Assembly (NCBI RefSeq): GCF_057098645.1
Contig: NZ_CM169472.1
DNA: 64,000 nt
Direction: 5' to 3' (one strand)
This document shows positions 29,871-40,294 of this stretch, piece by piece. The notes beneath the pieces were generated by a model. The model saw only the letters and a list, made by a program, of their open reading frames with translations, was not told the DNA's origin and searched no databases. Positions within the stretch are counted from its first letter, which is position 1. Each line of letters begins with the position of its first letter. The translations under genes were made by a program, and so were the position numbers.

Positions 29871-31370
29871 ATGAGTAAACACGACACCGACACTTCAGAT
29901 CAACACGCCGCGAAACGCCGCTGGCTTAATGCCCACGAAGAGGGGTATCACAAAGCGATGGGCAATCGTCAGGTACAGATGATCGCCATTGGCGGCGCGA
30001 TTGGCACCGGCTTGTTTTTAGGTGCAGGAGCCCGACTGCAAATGGCGGGTCCAGCACTGGCACTGGTTTATTTAATTTGTGGCTTGTTTTCGTTTTTTAT
30101 TCTGCGTGCATTGGGTGAGCTGGTGCTACACCGCCCTTCCAGTGGCAGTTTTGTCTCTTATGCCCGTGAGTTTTTGGGTGAGAAAGCCGCTTATGTTGCT
30201 GGCTGGATGTACTTCATCAACTGGGCGATGACGGGGATTGTTGATATTACCGCCGTCGCTCTGTATATGCATTACTGGGGTGCGTTTGGCGGCGTGCCGC
30301 AGTGGGTCTTTGCGCTCGCTGCACTTACCATCGTTGGCACCATGAATATGATCGGTGTGAAATGGTTTGCGGAGATGGAGTTCTGGTTTGCGCTTATTAA
30401 AGTGCTCGCCATTGTGACCTTTTTGGTCGTGGGTACGGTGTTCCTCGGTAGTGGTCAGCCGCTGGATGGCAACACCACTGGCTTTCATTTAATCACCGAT
30501 AATGGCGGCTTCTTCCCCCACGGTTTGCTGCCTGCGCTGGTGTTGATTCAGGGCGTAGTGTTTGCTTTTGCCTCCATTGAAATGGTGGGTACAGCTGCCG
30601 GAGAATGTAAAGATCCGCAGACCATGGTGCCTAAAGCGATTAACAGTGTGATTTGGCGTATTGGCCTGTTTTACGTCGGCTCCGTGGTGTTGCTGGTTAT
30701 GTTATTGCCGTGGAGCGCGTATCAGGCGGGGCAAAGTCCGTTCGTGACGTTTTTCTCTAAACTGGGTGTGCCATATATCGGCAGCATTATGAACATTGTG
30801 GTGCTGACCGCTGCCCTCTCCAGCCTGAATTCAGGTCTGTACTGCACCGGACGTATTCTGCGCTCAATGGCGATGGGCGGTTCCGCACCGAGTTTTATGG
30901 CGAAAATGAGTCGTCAGCATGTGCCGTATGCCGGGATTCTGGCGACATTGGTTGTGTATGTCGTCGGCGTATTCCTCAACTATCTGGTGCCGTCGCGCGT
31001 ATTTGAGATTGTGTTGAACTTCGCGTCGCTGGGAATCATCGCTTCATGGGCGTTTATCATCGTGTGCCAGATGCGCCTGCGTAAAGCGATTAAAGAAGGC
31101 AAAGCAGCGGATGTCAGTTTTAAACTGCCTGGCGCGCCCTTCACTTCCTGGCTGACATTACTGTTTTTACTGAGTGTCCTTGTGCTGATGGCGTTCGATT
31201 ACCCGAACGGGACTTATACTATCGCGGCGCTGCCGATTATCGGTATTCTGCTGGTTATAGGCTGGTTTGGTGTGCGCAAACGCGTTGCTGAAATTCACAG
31301 CACTGCGCCAGTCGTCGAGGAAGATGAAGAAAAACAGGAAATTGTGTTTAAGCCTGAAACGGCGAGCTAA
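29871..31370 (+). CDS. ansP: L-asparagine permease (APC family)
   Basis: 499 aa from ATG 29871 (RBS GGGAG). Confidence 0.9.
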   Translation: MSKHDTDTSDQHAAKRRWLNAHEEGYHKAMGNRQVQMIAIGGAIGTGLFLGAGARLQMAGPALALVYLICGLFSFFILRALGELVLHRPSSGSFVSYAREFLGEKAAYVAGWMYFINWAMTGIVDITAVALYMHYWGAFGGVPQWVFALAALTIVGTMNMIGVKWFAEMEFWFALIKVLAIVTFLVVGTVFLGSGQPLDGNTTGFHLITDNGGFFPHGLLPALVLIQGVVFAFASIEMVGTAAGECKDPQTMVPKAINSVIWRIGLFYVGSVVLLVMLLPWSAYQAGQSPFVTFFSKLGVPYIGSIMNIVVLTAALSSLNSGLYCTGRILRSMAMGGSAPSFMAKMSRQHVPYAGILATLVVYVVGVFLNYLVPSRVFEIVLNFASLGIIASWAFIIVCQMRLRKAIKEGKAADVSFKLPGAPFTSWLTLLFLLSVLVLMAFDYPNGTYTIAALPIIGILLVIGWFGVRKRVAEIHSTAPVVEEDEEKQEIVFKPETAS

Positions 31371-31374
31371 TTGC

Positions 31375-31405
31375 AAAATTGCCCGGCTACGTGCCGGGCA
31401 AATTT
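31375..31405. terminator. Bidirectional rho-independent terminator (GCCCGGC-N5-GCCGGGC flanked by A/T runs)
   Basis: Between convergent ansP and yncE. Confidence 0.6.
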
Positions 31406-31482
31406 AGATTACTGACGAAGGTGCCGCATGCGGCGTGATAAAAATCAGGCAAGTCTCTCCGTTTTCACCCTCGCCATATCTA

Positions 31483-32544
31483 TTACAGCGCAATACGAAT
31501 CACATCGTCCGGCTGGGTAGCTTCCTGCTGTTTAGTGGATTTTTGTTTCACACTGACATACAGCGTTTTGCCATCGGCAGACAGCGCCAGGCTGTTCGGA
31601 TGAGTCGGCGTATCGAACGTTTTCACCACTTTATAGCTTTTCGCGTCAATCACACTGACTTTACCTGCCTGACGATGCGTTACGTAGGCTTCATTACGCG
31701 CTGGGTTAAACAGCACAGCCAGTGATTCCGGTGCCGCAACCTTCGCCAGAATATTGCCATTACGGGTATCGACCACTAACACTTCTGCGGCTTTAGAATC
31801 GGTGATAAATGCACGCTGCCTGGCGGTATCAAGGCTAATGTTGATAAAGAAGTGCTCTTTGCCGTCATCCAGCAGCTTTTTACGGCTGAGGATTTTATTG
31901 TCGGCGGTGTCGATGGTAATCAATTCGCCGTCAGCGTTAGTGGTGTAAAGACGTTTGCCTTTGCTATCCAGCGCCAGACCAGTACTCATTTTACCGGTGT
32001 TCTGGATGGCGGTTTTCAGTTTGATATTCTCGCCATCAACGACCCAAATCACGCTCTCTTTACCAATACCACTGATGTAAACGGTGTTCGTGGCATCATC
32101 AGCTACCAGCTCACGCGGTTGCAGCGGGCGCACCTCTTCCGTGCGCTTACGATCATCCAGCACCAGACGTCCTTTCACCTCGCCAGTTTTGGCATCTATC
32201 GCCGTGACCGCGCTGTTTACGGTGTTACCAAACCACAACGTCTGAGTCGTGTTATTGATGGTGGCACCAAACGGCTTGAGATCGTTATGGATCGCCTGCG
32301 TCACTTCCAGAGTGACCGGATCAAGACGATAAACCACGCCACCTTTATCCAGTTTGCGGCTTTGCGAAGTGGCGAGCCACAGCGCGTTTTCTTGCTGGCT
32401 ATAAGCCATTTCGTAGGCACCTTTACCTACCGCTTTACGCAGCATTTCTTCTGCGGCCTGCGTACTGAATGATGAAGCAACAAGCAATGAACCTAACAGT
32501 AATGAACCACGCAGGCGCAATGAAAACAGATGACGTAAATGCAT
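31483..32544 (-). CDS. yncE: Secreted beta-propeller protein
   Basis: 353 aa with signal peptide; synteny. Confidence 0.9.
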   Translation of the reverse strand: MHLRHLFSLRLRGSLLLGSLLVASSFSTQAAEEMLRKAVGKGAYEMAYSQQENALWLATSQSRKLDKGGVVYRLDPVTLEVTQAIHNDLKPFGATINNTTQTLWFGNTVNSAVTAIDAKTGEVKGRLVLDDRKRTEEVRPLQPRELVADDATNTVYISGIGKESVIWVVDGENIKLKTAIQNTGKMSTGLALDSKGKRLYTTNADGELITIDTADNKILSRKKLLDDGKEHFFINISLDTARQRAFITDSKAAEVLVVDTRNGNILAKVAAPESLAVLFNPARNEAYVTHRQAGKVSVIDAKSYKVVKTFDTPTHPNSLALSADGKTLYVSVKQKSTKQQEATQPDDVIRIAL

Positions 32545-32596
32545 GACGACTCCCTTTGATGAACCGATATTTTTGCTGCTTCACAATGCTTCGCTA

Positions 32597-32649
32597 AGCG
32601 TAATCATCGTTACGCTCTTGTTATAAATGGGAATGGTAATCATTATTTT
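32597..32649. promoter_or_regulatory. Fur-box-like sequences in yncE/yncD divergent promoter
   Basis: GAATGGTAATCATTATTTT resembles GATAATGATAATCATTATC; also GCGTAA-N6-TTACGC palindrome. Confidence 0.45.
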
Positions 32650-32785
32650 CTCAAATGTGGAGCATTTCTTGCCGTTACGACTACAATTTTCTCAATTACT
32701 TAACGTATTGTGCCGTTTCATTTTCCATAAATTTACAATTTCATTACCATGACGGCGTTTTCCCATTCTTAACCTGGCTTTTTTC

Positions 32786-34888
32786 ATGAAGATTTTTTCC
32801 GTCCGACAGACCGTTTTGCCCGCACTGCTTGTCCTTTCCCCCGTTGTTTTTGCCGCTGATGAACAGACCATGATTGTCAGTGCCGCGCCGCAGGTGGTTT
32901 CAGAACTGGATACCCCTGCAGCAGTAAGCGTGGTGGATGGCGAGGAGATGCGCCTGGCAACACCGCGCATTAACTTGTCCGAATCACTGACCGGCGTGCC
33001 TGGTTTGCAGGTACAAAACCGGCAGAACTATGCGCAAGATTTACAGCTGTCGATTCGCGGATTTGGCTCCCGTTCCACTTACGGAATTCGCGGTATTCGC
33101 CTGTATGTGGACGGTATTCCCGCCACCATGCCCGACGGGCAAGGGCAAACATCCAACATCGATTTAAGCAGTGTGCAAAATGTGGAAGTGCTGCGTGGCC
33201 CCTTCTCTGCCCTGTATGGCAACGCGTCTGGCGGTGTAATGAATGTCACCACCCAGACCGGACAACAGCCACCAACCATTGAAGCCAGTAGTTACTACGG
33301 CAGTTTTGACAGCTGGCGCTATGGGCTGAAAGCAACGGGTGCAACGGGAGACGGCACACAGCCCGGCGATGTTGATTACACCGTCTCAACCACGCGTTTT
33401 ACGACCCACGGCTATCGTGACCATAGTGGCGCACAGAAAAATTTAGCCAATGCCAAACTGGGCGTACGCATTGATGAAGCCAGCAAATTAAGCCTGATTT
33501 TCAATAGTGTGGATATCAAAGCAGATGACCCAGGTGGGCTAACCAAAGCAGAATGGAAGGCGAATCCACAACAAGCGCCTCGTGCAGAACAGTACGACAC
33601 GCGAAAAACCATCAAGCAAACTCAGGCTGGGTTGCGCTATGAACGTAGCCTGAGTTCGCGGGATGATATGAGTGTGATGATGTATGCCGGAGAGCGAGAA
33701 ACGACCCAGTACCAGTCAATACCCATGGCACCACAACTTAACCCGTCACATGCGGGCGGCGTGATTACCCTGCAACGCCATTACCAGGGAATAGACAGCC
33801 GCTGGACACACCGTGGTGAACTGGGCGTTCCGGTCACGTTCACTACCGGCCTGAACTACGAAAACATGAGTGAAAACCGCAAGGGCTACAATAACTTCCG
33901 CCTGAATAGCGGCATGCCGGAGTACGGGCAAAAAGGTGAGTTGCGTCGCGACGAACGCAATCTGATGTGGAACATCGATCCCTATTTACAGACGCAGTGG
34001 CAGCTGAGCGAAAAACTGTCGCTGGATGCTGGCGTGCGCTACAGCTCCGTGTGGTTTGATTCCAACGACCATTACATTACTCCGGGTAACGGCGATGACA
34101 GCGGTGATGCCAGTTATCACAAATGGCTACCAGCCGGATCGTTAAAATATGCAATGACCGATGCCTGGAATATCTATCTGGCAGCCGGGCGTGGTTTTGA
34201 AACGCCGACGATTAATGAGCTGTCTTATCGCGCTGATGGGCAAAGCGGTATGAACTTTGGTTTAAAACCATCCACCAACGATACAATTGAGATCGGCAGT
34301 AAAACGCGTATTGGTGATGGGCTGCTTAGTCTCGCATTGTTCCAGACCGACACCGATGATGAAATTGTTGTCGATAGCAGTAGCGGTGGGCGTACGACTT
34401 ACAAAAATGCTGGAAAGACCCGTCGTCAAGGCGCTGAACTGGCATGGGATCAACGTTTCGCGGGAGATTTTCGCGTAAACGCGTCCTGGACCTGGCTTGA
34501 TGCGACCTATCGCAGCAATGTTTGCAATGAACAGGATTGTAACGGTAATCGGATGCCAGGGATCGCCCGTAATATGGGCTTTGCGTCGATAGGTTATGTA
34601 CCGGAAGATGGTTGGTATGCAGGCACGGAAGCGCGTTATATGGGCGATATTATGGCAGATGATGAAAATACGGCAAAAGCGCCGTCTTATACTCTCGTCG
34701 GCTTATTCACCGGGTATAAATACAATTACCACAATTTAACTGTGGATTTATTTGGTCGTGTTGATAATTTATTCGATAAAGAATACGTTGGTTCTGTCAT
34801 TGTCAATGAGTCAAACGGGCGATATTACGAACCTGCGCCCGGACGAAATTATGGTGTCGGCGTGAATATCGCATGGCGATTTGAGTAA
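32786..34888 (+). CDS. yncD: TonB-dependent outer membrane receptor
   Basis: 700 aa; signal peptide, TonB box, C-terminal aromatic residue. Confidence 0.9.
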   Translation: MKIFSVRQTVLPALLVLSPVVFAADEQTMIVSAAPQVVSELDTPAAVSVVDGEEMRLATPRINLSESLTGVPGLQVQNRQNYAQDLQLSIRGFGSRSTYGIRGIRLYVDGIPATMPDGQGQTSNIDLSSVQNVEVLRGPFSALYGNASGGVMNVTTQTGQQPPTIEASSYYGSFDSWRYGLKATGATGDGTQPGDVDYTVSTTRFTTHGYRDHSGAQKNLANAKLGVRIDEASKLSLIFNSVDIKADDPGGLTKAEWKANPQQAPRAEQYDTRKTIKQTQAGLRYERSLSSRDDMSVMMYAGERETTQYQSIPMAPQLNPSHAGGVITLQRHYQGIDSRWTHRGELGVPVTFTTGLNYENMSENRKGYNNFRLNSGMPEYGQKGELRRDERNLMWNIDPYLQTQWQLSEKLSLDAGVRYSSVWFDSNDHYITPGNGDDSGDASYHKWLPAGSLKYAMTDAWNIYLAAGRGFETPTINELSYRADGQSGMNFGLKPSTNDTIEIGSKTRIGDGLLSLALFQTDTDDEIVVDSSSGGRTTYKNAGKTRRQGAELAWDQRFAGDFRVNASWTWLDATYRSNVCNEQDCNGNRMPGIARNMGFASIGYVPEDGWYAGTEARYMGDIMADDENTAKAPSYTLVGLFTGYKYNYHNLTVDLFGRVDNLFDKEYVGSVIVNESNGRYYEPAPGRNYGVGVNIAWRFE

Positions 34889-34896
34889 TTACCTTG

Positions 34897-34925
34897 ATGC
34901 CCGGTATTTGCCGGGCATTTAATTT
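34897..34925. terminator. Bidirectional terminator hairpin ATGCCCGG-N6-CCGGGCAT + T/A tract
   Basis: Between convergent yncD and mcbR. Confidence 0.6.
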
Positions 34926-35589
34926 AACGATTGTATTGCTGGTATAAAATAGCAATATTTTGTTGCATAATTTCAGCAAGACAATGTTTGCATCCCTCTT
35001 TGTCTTTTGCTTTTAACGCGGCGAGTAATAGACGATAGTTTTCTATACGCTCCCGTAATTCCGCTGGATTAATCGCTTCATAGAGATAATGTAAACCAGG
35101 TCCCATCCTGACCCACAGTTGCTCAATCATCTCACACAGGATGGGCATATTTGAGCGATGATAAATCGCTAAGCGAAATAGCCTGTTTACATTAATGATT
35201 TGTTCCATGTCGCCCTTTTCTTGCGCCTGCTGTAATTTCTCGAGCAATTCCTGGAGTTCCGCCAGGTCTTGCGGGGTGAGGTTTTCAACAGCCAGAGCAA
35301 CTGCCATTAATTCCAGTTCGTAGCGGATCCGATTGATTTCGTCTAATTGACGTTTCCCCACTTCCGGAACTGTAAATGCTTGCGCTGGTGCGACAGAAAG
35401 CGCATTCACCGAAACCAGACGTAATAATGCTTCACGCACAGGTGTAATACTCATACCTAATTGCTCCGCTAGATTTTTAGTAATCAGGCGTGCGCCAGGT
35501 TTTAATGCGCCAATACTAAGCTGATGTTTCAGGTCGTTCTCAACCTGCAGAGTCAAACTGACATGTTTCATTTTTCCCGTTCCAGGCAT
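34924..35589 (-). CDS. mcbR: GntR/FadR-family transcriptional regulator
   Basis: 221 aa from ATG 35589; HTH N-terminus. Confidence 0.85.
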   Translation of the reverse strand: MPGTGKMKHVSLTLQVENDLKHQLSIGALKPGARLITKNLAEQLGMSITPVREALLRLVSVNALSVAPAQAFTVPEVGKRQLDEINRIRYELELMAVALAVENLTPQDLAELQELLEKLQQAQEKGDMEQIINVNRLFRLAIYHRSNMPILCEMIEQLWVRMGPGLHYLYEAINPAELRERIENYRLLLAALKAKDKEGCKHCLAEIMQQNIAILYQQYNR

Positions 35590-35786
35590 TTTAATTCCTT
35601 CGCGTGTTTTCTGTCCAACCCTGCCTGCATGGCAGAAGGAGTTCACCTGGTGTATTAAAGTGAATAATCATAAACCACTCACCTTTGTTGTTATTAGCAG
35701 CAGAACAATGACGTGGTTAGTTAATTAAAGCTGAAAATAAGCTTTTTGCCTGGATTTTTATGGCGGCTTACGCCGCCGTTGAAACT

Positions 35787-36824
35787 TTAATCATCACCCG
35801 CCACGCGGATCACCACTTTGCCGAAGTTTTTACCCTTCAGCAGGCCGATAAACGTCTGTGGCGCATTCTCTAAACCGTCAGTAATTTCTTCGCGGTAGTG
35901 GATTTTATCCTCTTTCACCCATTGCCCCATCTCCTTCTGAAACTCATGGATGCGGTGACCATAATCCTGAGCGATAATAAACCCTTGCAAGCGAATACGT
36001 TTTTTCAGCACCGTTGCCATCAACAGGGGTAAACGATCCGGACCGGGTGGTAGCTCTGTAGCGTTATAGCTGCTCACTAAGCCACAAACGGGAATGCGCG
36101 CAGATGTATTAAGTAATGGTAGCACTGCATCAAATACCTTACCGCCCACGTTTTCATAATAGATATCAATACCTTTTGGGCACGCTTTCGCCAGTTGTTC
36201 GGCAAAATCGTCCGCGTGGTGATCAAGGCAAACATCGAAGCCTAACACCTCGGTAGCATGGCGGCATTTTTCCGCGCCACCGGCTACCCCCACCACTCTG
36301 CAACCTTTAAGTTTGCCGATTTGCCCCACCGTCGCCCCCACTGGTCCTGTCGCCGCAGCTACCACCAACGTTTCGCCCTCTTTAGGCTGACCGATATCCA
36401 GCAGCCCCATATAAGCGGTAAAGCCTGGCATCCCCAGCACACCCAGCGACCACGATGGATTTTGCGGATGATCGCCAAGTTTCACCAGATCATCACCACT
36501 GGATATGTCATAGTCCTGCCATCCACTGTAGCCCAGCACCCAGTCGCCAGGCTGATAATCAGGATGATTCGACTTCACGACACGGCTCACCGTACCGCCG
36601 ACCATCACGCCGCCAATATCAACCGGCGGTGAATAAGATGGCTCATCGCTCATACGTCCACGCATATACGGGTCCAGGGACAAATAAACTGTGCGCAGTA
36701 ACACCTGTCCTTCACCCGGTGTGGCGACATCATCTTCTTCAAGACGGAAATTCTCCGGAACCGGTGCGCCATGTGGACGCGAGGCCAGAACCCAACGTCG
36801 ATTACGCTGCTTTTGTTGCCCCAT
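35787..36824 (-). CDS. curA: NADPH-dependent curcumin/enone reductase (MDR family)
   Basis: 345 aa from ATG 36824. Confidence 0.85.
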   Translation of the reverse strand: MGQQKQRNRRWVLASRPHGAPVPENFRLEEDDVATPGEGQVLLRTVYLSLDPYMRGRMSDEPSYSPPVDIGGVMVGGTVSRVVKSNHPDYQPGDWVLGYSGWQDYDISSGDDLVKLGDHPQNPSWSLGVLGMPGFTAYMGLLDIGQPKEGETLVVAAATGPVGATVGQIGKLKGCRVVGVAGGAEKCRHATEVLGFDVCLDHHADDFAEQLAKACPKGIDIYYENVGGKVFDAVLPLLNTSARIPVCGLVSSYNATELPPGPDRLPLLMATVLKKRIRLQGFIIAQDYGHRIHEFQKEMGQWVKEDKIHYREEITDGLENAPQTFIGLLKGKNFGKVVIRVAGDD

Positions 36825-37004
36825 AATGCTCTCCTGTGCTTTTGGCATGAATCCATCAATAGTAGCAGGCTCACGGGATTGGTTTTGTTTGCAGCCGTCA
36901 CATCCCCTCTGCAACACGCAATAATTTCATCGAGGAATCCGTTGCTTCGGGCTGTTTTCGATAGTATTGATAACATCATCATCATTATTTTATTGAGGCC
37001 AGAC

Positions 37005-37523
37005 ATGTCCATCCGTTTTGCCCGCAAAGCCGACTGTGCTGCCATTGCGGAAATTTATAACCACGCCGTGTTGTATACGGCGGCTATCTGGAATGACCAA
37101 ACGGTGGATGCAGATAACCGCATTGCCTGGTTTGAAGCGCGGACCATAGCAGGTTATCCGGTGCTGGTAAGTGAAGAAGATGGCGTAGTGACGGGATATG
37201 CCTCGTTTGGCGACTGGCGTAGTTTCGATGGTTTTCGCCATACCGTGGAACATTCGGTTTATGTCCATCCCGATCATCAGGGCAAAGGTCTGGGGCGTAA
37301 ATTGTTAAGCCGATTGATTGATGAAGCGCGGGATTGCGGGAAGCATGTCATGGTCGCCGGGATCGAATCGCAAAATCAGGCCTCGCTGCATCTGCACCAG
37401 TCGCTGGGATTTGTCGTCACCGCACAAATGCCGCAGGTGGGCACTAAATTTGGGCGCTGGCTGGATCTGACATTTATGCAGTTGCAACTCGACGAACGCA
37501 CTGAACCGGACGCGATTGGATGA
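37005..37523 (+). CDS. mnaT: GNAT N-acyltransferase
   Basis: 172 aa from ATG 37005. Confidence 0.85.
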   Translation: MSIRFARKADCAAIAEIYNHAVLYTAAIWNDQTVDADNRIAWFEARTIAGYPVLVSEEDGVVTGYASFGDWRSFDGFRHTVEHSVYVHPDHQGKGLGRKLLSRLIDEARDCGKHVMVAGIESQNQASLHLHQSLGFVVTAQMPQVGTKFGRWLDLTFMQLQLDERTEPDAIG

Positions 37524-37969
37524 ATCAGTCGCTCACCCTTGCCTTTTTGATTGCCGCCGGAATTGGTCTGGTAGTCCAGAACACGCTGATGGTGCGCATC
37601 ACCCAGACCTCCTCTACCATTCTCATCGCCATGTTGCTGAACTCACTGGTGGGGATTGTGCTCTTTGTTTCTATTTTATGGTTTAAACAAGGTATGGCGG
37701 GGTTTGGCGAACTGGTGTCCAGCGTGCGCTGGTGGACACTTATACCTGGCTTGCTGGGATCGTTTTTTGTCTTCGCCAGTATCAGCGGATATCAGAATGT
37801 GGGAGCGGCGACAACTATTGCAGTACTGGTCGCCAGCCAGCTGATTGGCGGTCTGGTTCTGGATATCTTCCGCAGTCATGGCGTACCACTACGGGCGTTG
37901 TTCGGCCCAATTTGTGGCGCAATTTTACTTGTGGTTGGCGCCTGGTTGGTAGCCAGACGCTCATTTTAA
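37520..37969 (+). CDS. ydcZ: DMT-like small membrane protein
   Basis: 149 aa; ATGA overlap with mnaT. Confidence 0.85.
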   Translation: MNQSLTLAFLIAAGIGLVVQNTLMVRITQTSSTILIAMLLNSLVGIVLFVSILWFKQGMAGFGELVSSVRWWTLIPGLLGSFFVFASISGYQNVGAATTIAVLVASQLIGGLVLDIFRSHGVPLRALFGPICGAILLVVGAWLVARRSF

Positions 37970-38203
37970 TCACAGGATGGTGCCGCCTTTGGTTAACTGT
38001 TCATGGCGCGCTTCCATATCTTCTTTATGCTTGCGACCGTGATGAGCAATAGCGGTGCGCAAACGCTGCTGCTGGGTGTAGCGATCTTCCCGACTTAACT
38101 CCGCGTCATCGCTCAGGGCGATTAATAATTCGTTCATATGGGCAATGACGCTCTCTTCAATCGCGGCATCCACGCGCGCGATGACTTCATCCAGATGCGA
38201 CAT
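37970..38203 (-). CDS. ydcY: Small protein of unknown function
   Basis: 77 aa; synteny. Confidence 0.8.
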   Translation of the reverse strand: MSHLDEVIARVDAAIEESVIAHMNELLIALSDDAELSREDRYTQQQRLRTAIAHHGRKHKEDMEARHEQLTKGGTIL

Positions 38204-38288
38204 ACTTTCTCCTTAGCCACTTGTGAAATTTATCGATTCATCCAAATGATATAAGTCTGCGTGGTGCCGTCAAGCCAGTGAGTAAGAT

Positions 38289-38462
38289 TTAAAACAGTGA
38301 AAACAACAGCGCCACCGGGAAACTCATCGGCCATGTTGCCCCCACCAGAAAGGCGCTTAAGAAACGGATGCGTTTCTTATCGTGAGAAAGAAACCAGGTG
38401 ATAAGAAATGCGATTGCTGCCATAACCGCATAAAAAACAAGCATGTGTTGATAGAGAGACAT
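38289..38462 (-). CDS. ortT: Small membrane toxin OrtT (GhoT-like), 57 aa
   Basis: Internal ATG at 38462; two hydrophobic helices. Confidence 0.75.
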   Translation of the reverse strand: MSLYQHMLVFYAVMAAIAFLITWFLSHDKKRIRFLSAFLVGATWPMSFPVALLFSLF

Positions 38463-38656
38463 GTACGGGCGTCCAGCCAGATGAATAAAACGCGCGCAAA
38501 TATGCGTCATTTTTTGACGTGCATCAAGTTTTTTAACCGGTTTGAGAAAAAAACATCAAACAGCAACTTGCCCTTATCCATCTTCAGAATGAGTATTATT
38601 GCGGATTTTCTTAACCCGTACTATACACATAGGGGCAATGATAAAAGGTGGCAAAA

Positions 38657-38752
38657 ATGAATGTTTCCAGTAGAACTGTAGTACTGATAAATGTCTTTGC
38701 TGCTGTTGGTTTGTTTACTCTTATCTCTATGAGATTTGGCTGGTTTATTTGA
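38657..38752 (+). CDS. yncL: Small hydrophobic protein, 31 aa
   Basis: ATG preceded by AAGGTGG at optimal spacing; single TM helix; recalled as a known E. coli small protein at this locus. Confidence 0.5.
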   Translation: MNVSSRTVVLINVFAAVGLFTLISMRFGWFI

Positions 38753-38774
38753 TGTAGTGATTTTGCACGCAGCA

Positions 38775-38809
38775 CGTACTGTCAGAGAAATCAGTGCTCT
38801 GACAGTACG
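38775..38809. terminator. Strong hairpin, 13-bp perfect stem CGTACTGTCAGAG-N9-CTCTGACAGTACG, downstream of patD
   Basis: Perfect inverted repeat 40 bp after patD stop. Confidence 0.5.
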
Positions 38810-38848
38810 CAAGATCATCTCATACTCTTACGATCTGCAATATTATCC

Positions 38849-40273
38849 TTAATGTTTAACCATGACGTGGCGGACGACGGTGTAATCCTCCAGCCCATAA
38901 AGTGACATATCCTTGCCGTAACCAGAAAGTTTCTGCCCACCGTGCGGCATTTCACTTACCAGCATGAAATGGGTATTGACCCAGGTACAACCATATTGCA
39001 GCCGTGCGCTGATGCGATGCGCCCTGCCCACATCTTTCGTCCATACCGAAGATGCAAGTCCGTACTGGCTGTCATTCGCCCAGTTTACCACCTGTTCTTC
39101 GTTGTCGAAGAGCGTAACACTCACTACTGGACCAAATACCTCTTTTTGCACGATGGCATCGTCCTGTAATGCGCCAGCCAGCAGCGTCGGCGCATAGTAA
39201 TAGCCATTACCCTTGCGCTTTTCACCGCCAGTGATCACTTTGATGTGCCCTGTCGCTTTCGCCTCTTCTACTGCCTTGCTGACGCGTTCGAGATGCGCCA
39301 GCGAGCTTAAAGGTCCAAGCTCCGTAGACTCGTCATCCGGCGCACCAGATTTTAACGTTGCCACTGCAGCACCGAGTTTTTCCACCAGCGTATCGTAAAT
39401 GCCTTTTTGCGCGTAGATCCGACAAGCCGCAGTACAATCCTGTCCGGCATTGTAATAGCCAAATGTACGTACACCTTCGACCACTGCTTCAATATCCGCA
39501 TCATCAAAAACAATCACTGGCGCTTTGCCACCAAGTTCCATATGAGTACGCTTAATGGACGGCGCAGTATGGCTGATGATGTGTTCCCCAGTGGCGATAG
39601 AGCCCGTCAGCGACACCATCCGCACTTTGGGATGACCGGTCAGCGGATCGCCCACCGTTTTGCCTCTGCCAAACAGCACATTAATCACGCCTGCCGGGAA
39701 GATATCTTTCGCCAGCTCTGCCAACTTCAACGCGGTCAGCGGGGTAATTTCTGATGGTTTAAGCACTACGCAGTTCCCTGCCGCCAGCGCCGGAGCCAGT
39801 TTCCACGCTGCCATCATCAGCGGATAATTCCACGGTGCGATAGAAGCCACGCCCCCCAACGGATCGCGACGGATCATCGAAGTATGACCTTCAAGATATT
39901 CACCTGCCGCCAGACCATTCAGACAGCGCGCCGCACCCGCGAAAAAGCGAAAAACATCGACAATCGCCGGGATTTCATCATTGAACGCACTATGCAGCGG
40001 TTTGCCACAATTACGGGACTCCAGTTCGGCAAAAACCTGACCATTTTCTTCGATAACATCAGCCAGTTTCAGCAGACATTCCGCACGCACTTTCGGCGTG
40101 GTTTGCCCCCATTCGGCAAATGCTGCATCTGCCGCGCGCACAGCAGCATCGACCTGCTCTGCGGATGCCTCGGCAATCTCCAGTAAAACGTCCCCCGTTG
40201 CCGGATTATAGACAGGCTGTTTTTCCCCTTCGCCACTAACCAGTTCTCCGTTAATCAGTAAATTATGTTGCAT
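38849..40273 (-). CDS. patD: Gamma-aminobutyraldehyde dehydrogenase
   Basis: 474 aa; aldehyde dehydrogenase catalytic Cys/Glu motifs. Confidence 0.9.
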   Translation of the reverse strand: MQHNLLINGELVSGEGEKQPVYNPATGDVLLEIAEASAEQVDAAVRAADAAFAEWGQTTPKVRAECLLKLADVIEENGQVFAELESRNCGKPLHSAFNDEIPAIVDVFRFFAGAARCLNGLAAGEYLEGHTSMIRRDPLGGVASIAPWNYPLMMAAWKLAPALAAGNCVVLKPSEITPLTALKLAELAKDIFPAGVINVLFGRGKTVGDPLTGHPKVRMVSLTGSIATGEHIISHTAPSIKRTHMELGGKAPVIVFDDADIEAVVEGVRTFGYYNAGQDCTAACRIYAQKGIYDTLVEKLGAAVATLKSGAPDDESTELGPLSSLAHLERVSKAVEEAKATGHIKVITGGEKRKGNGYYYAPTLLAGALQDDAIVQKEVFGPVVSVTLFDNEEQVVNWANDSQYGLASSVWTKDVGRAHRISARLQYGCTWVNTHFMLVSEMPHGGQKLSGYGKDMSLYGLEDYTVVRHVMVKH

Positions 40274-40294
40274 AGCATTTTCCTGTATCAGTGG

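Noticed and set aside
31852-32472. 206-aa plus-strand ORF inside yncE
   Set aside because: Antisense shadow ORF; yncE on the minus strand has a signal peptide and conserved length.
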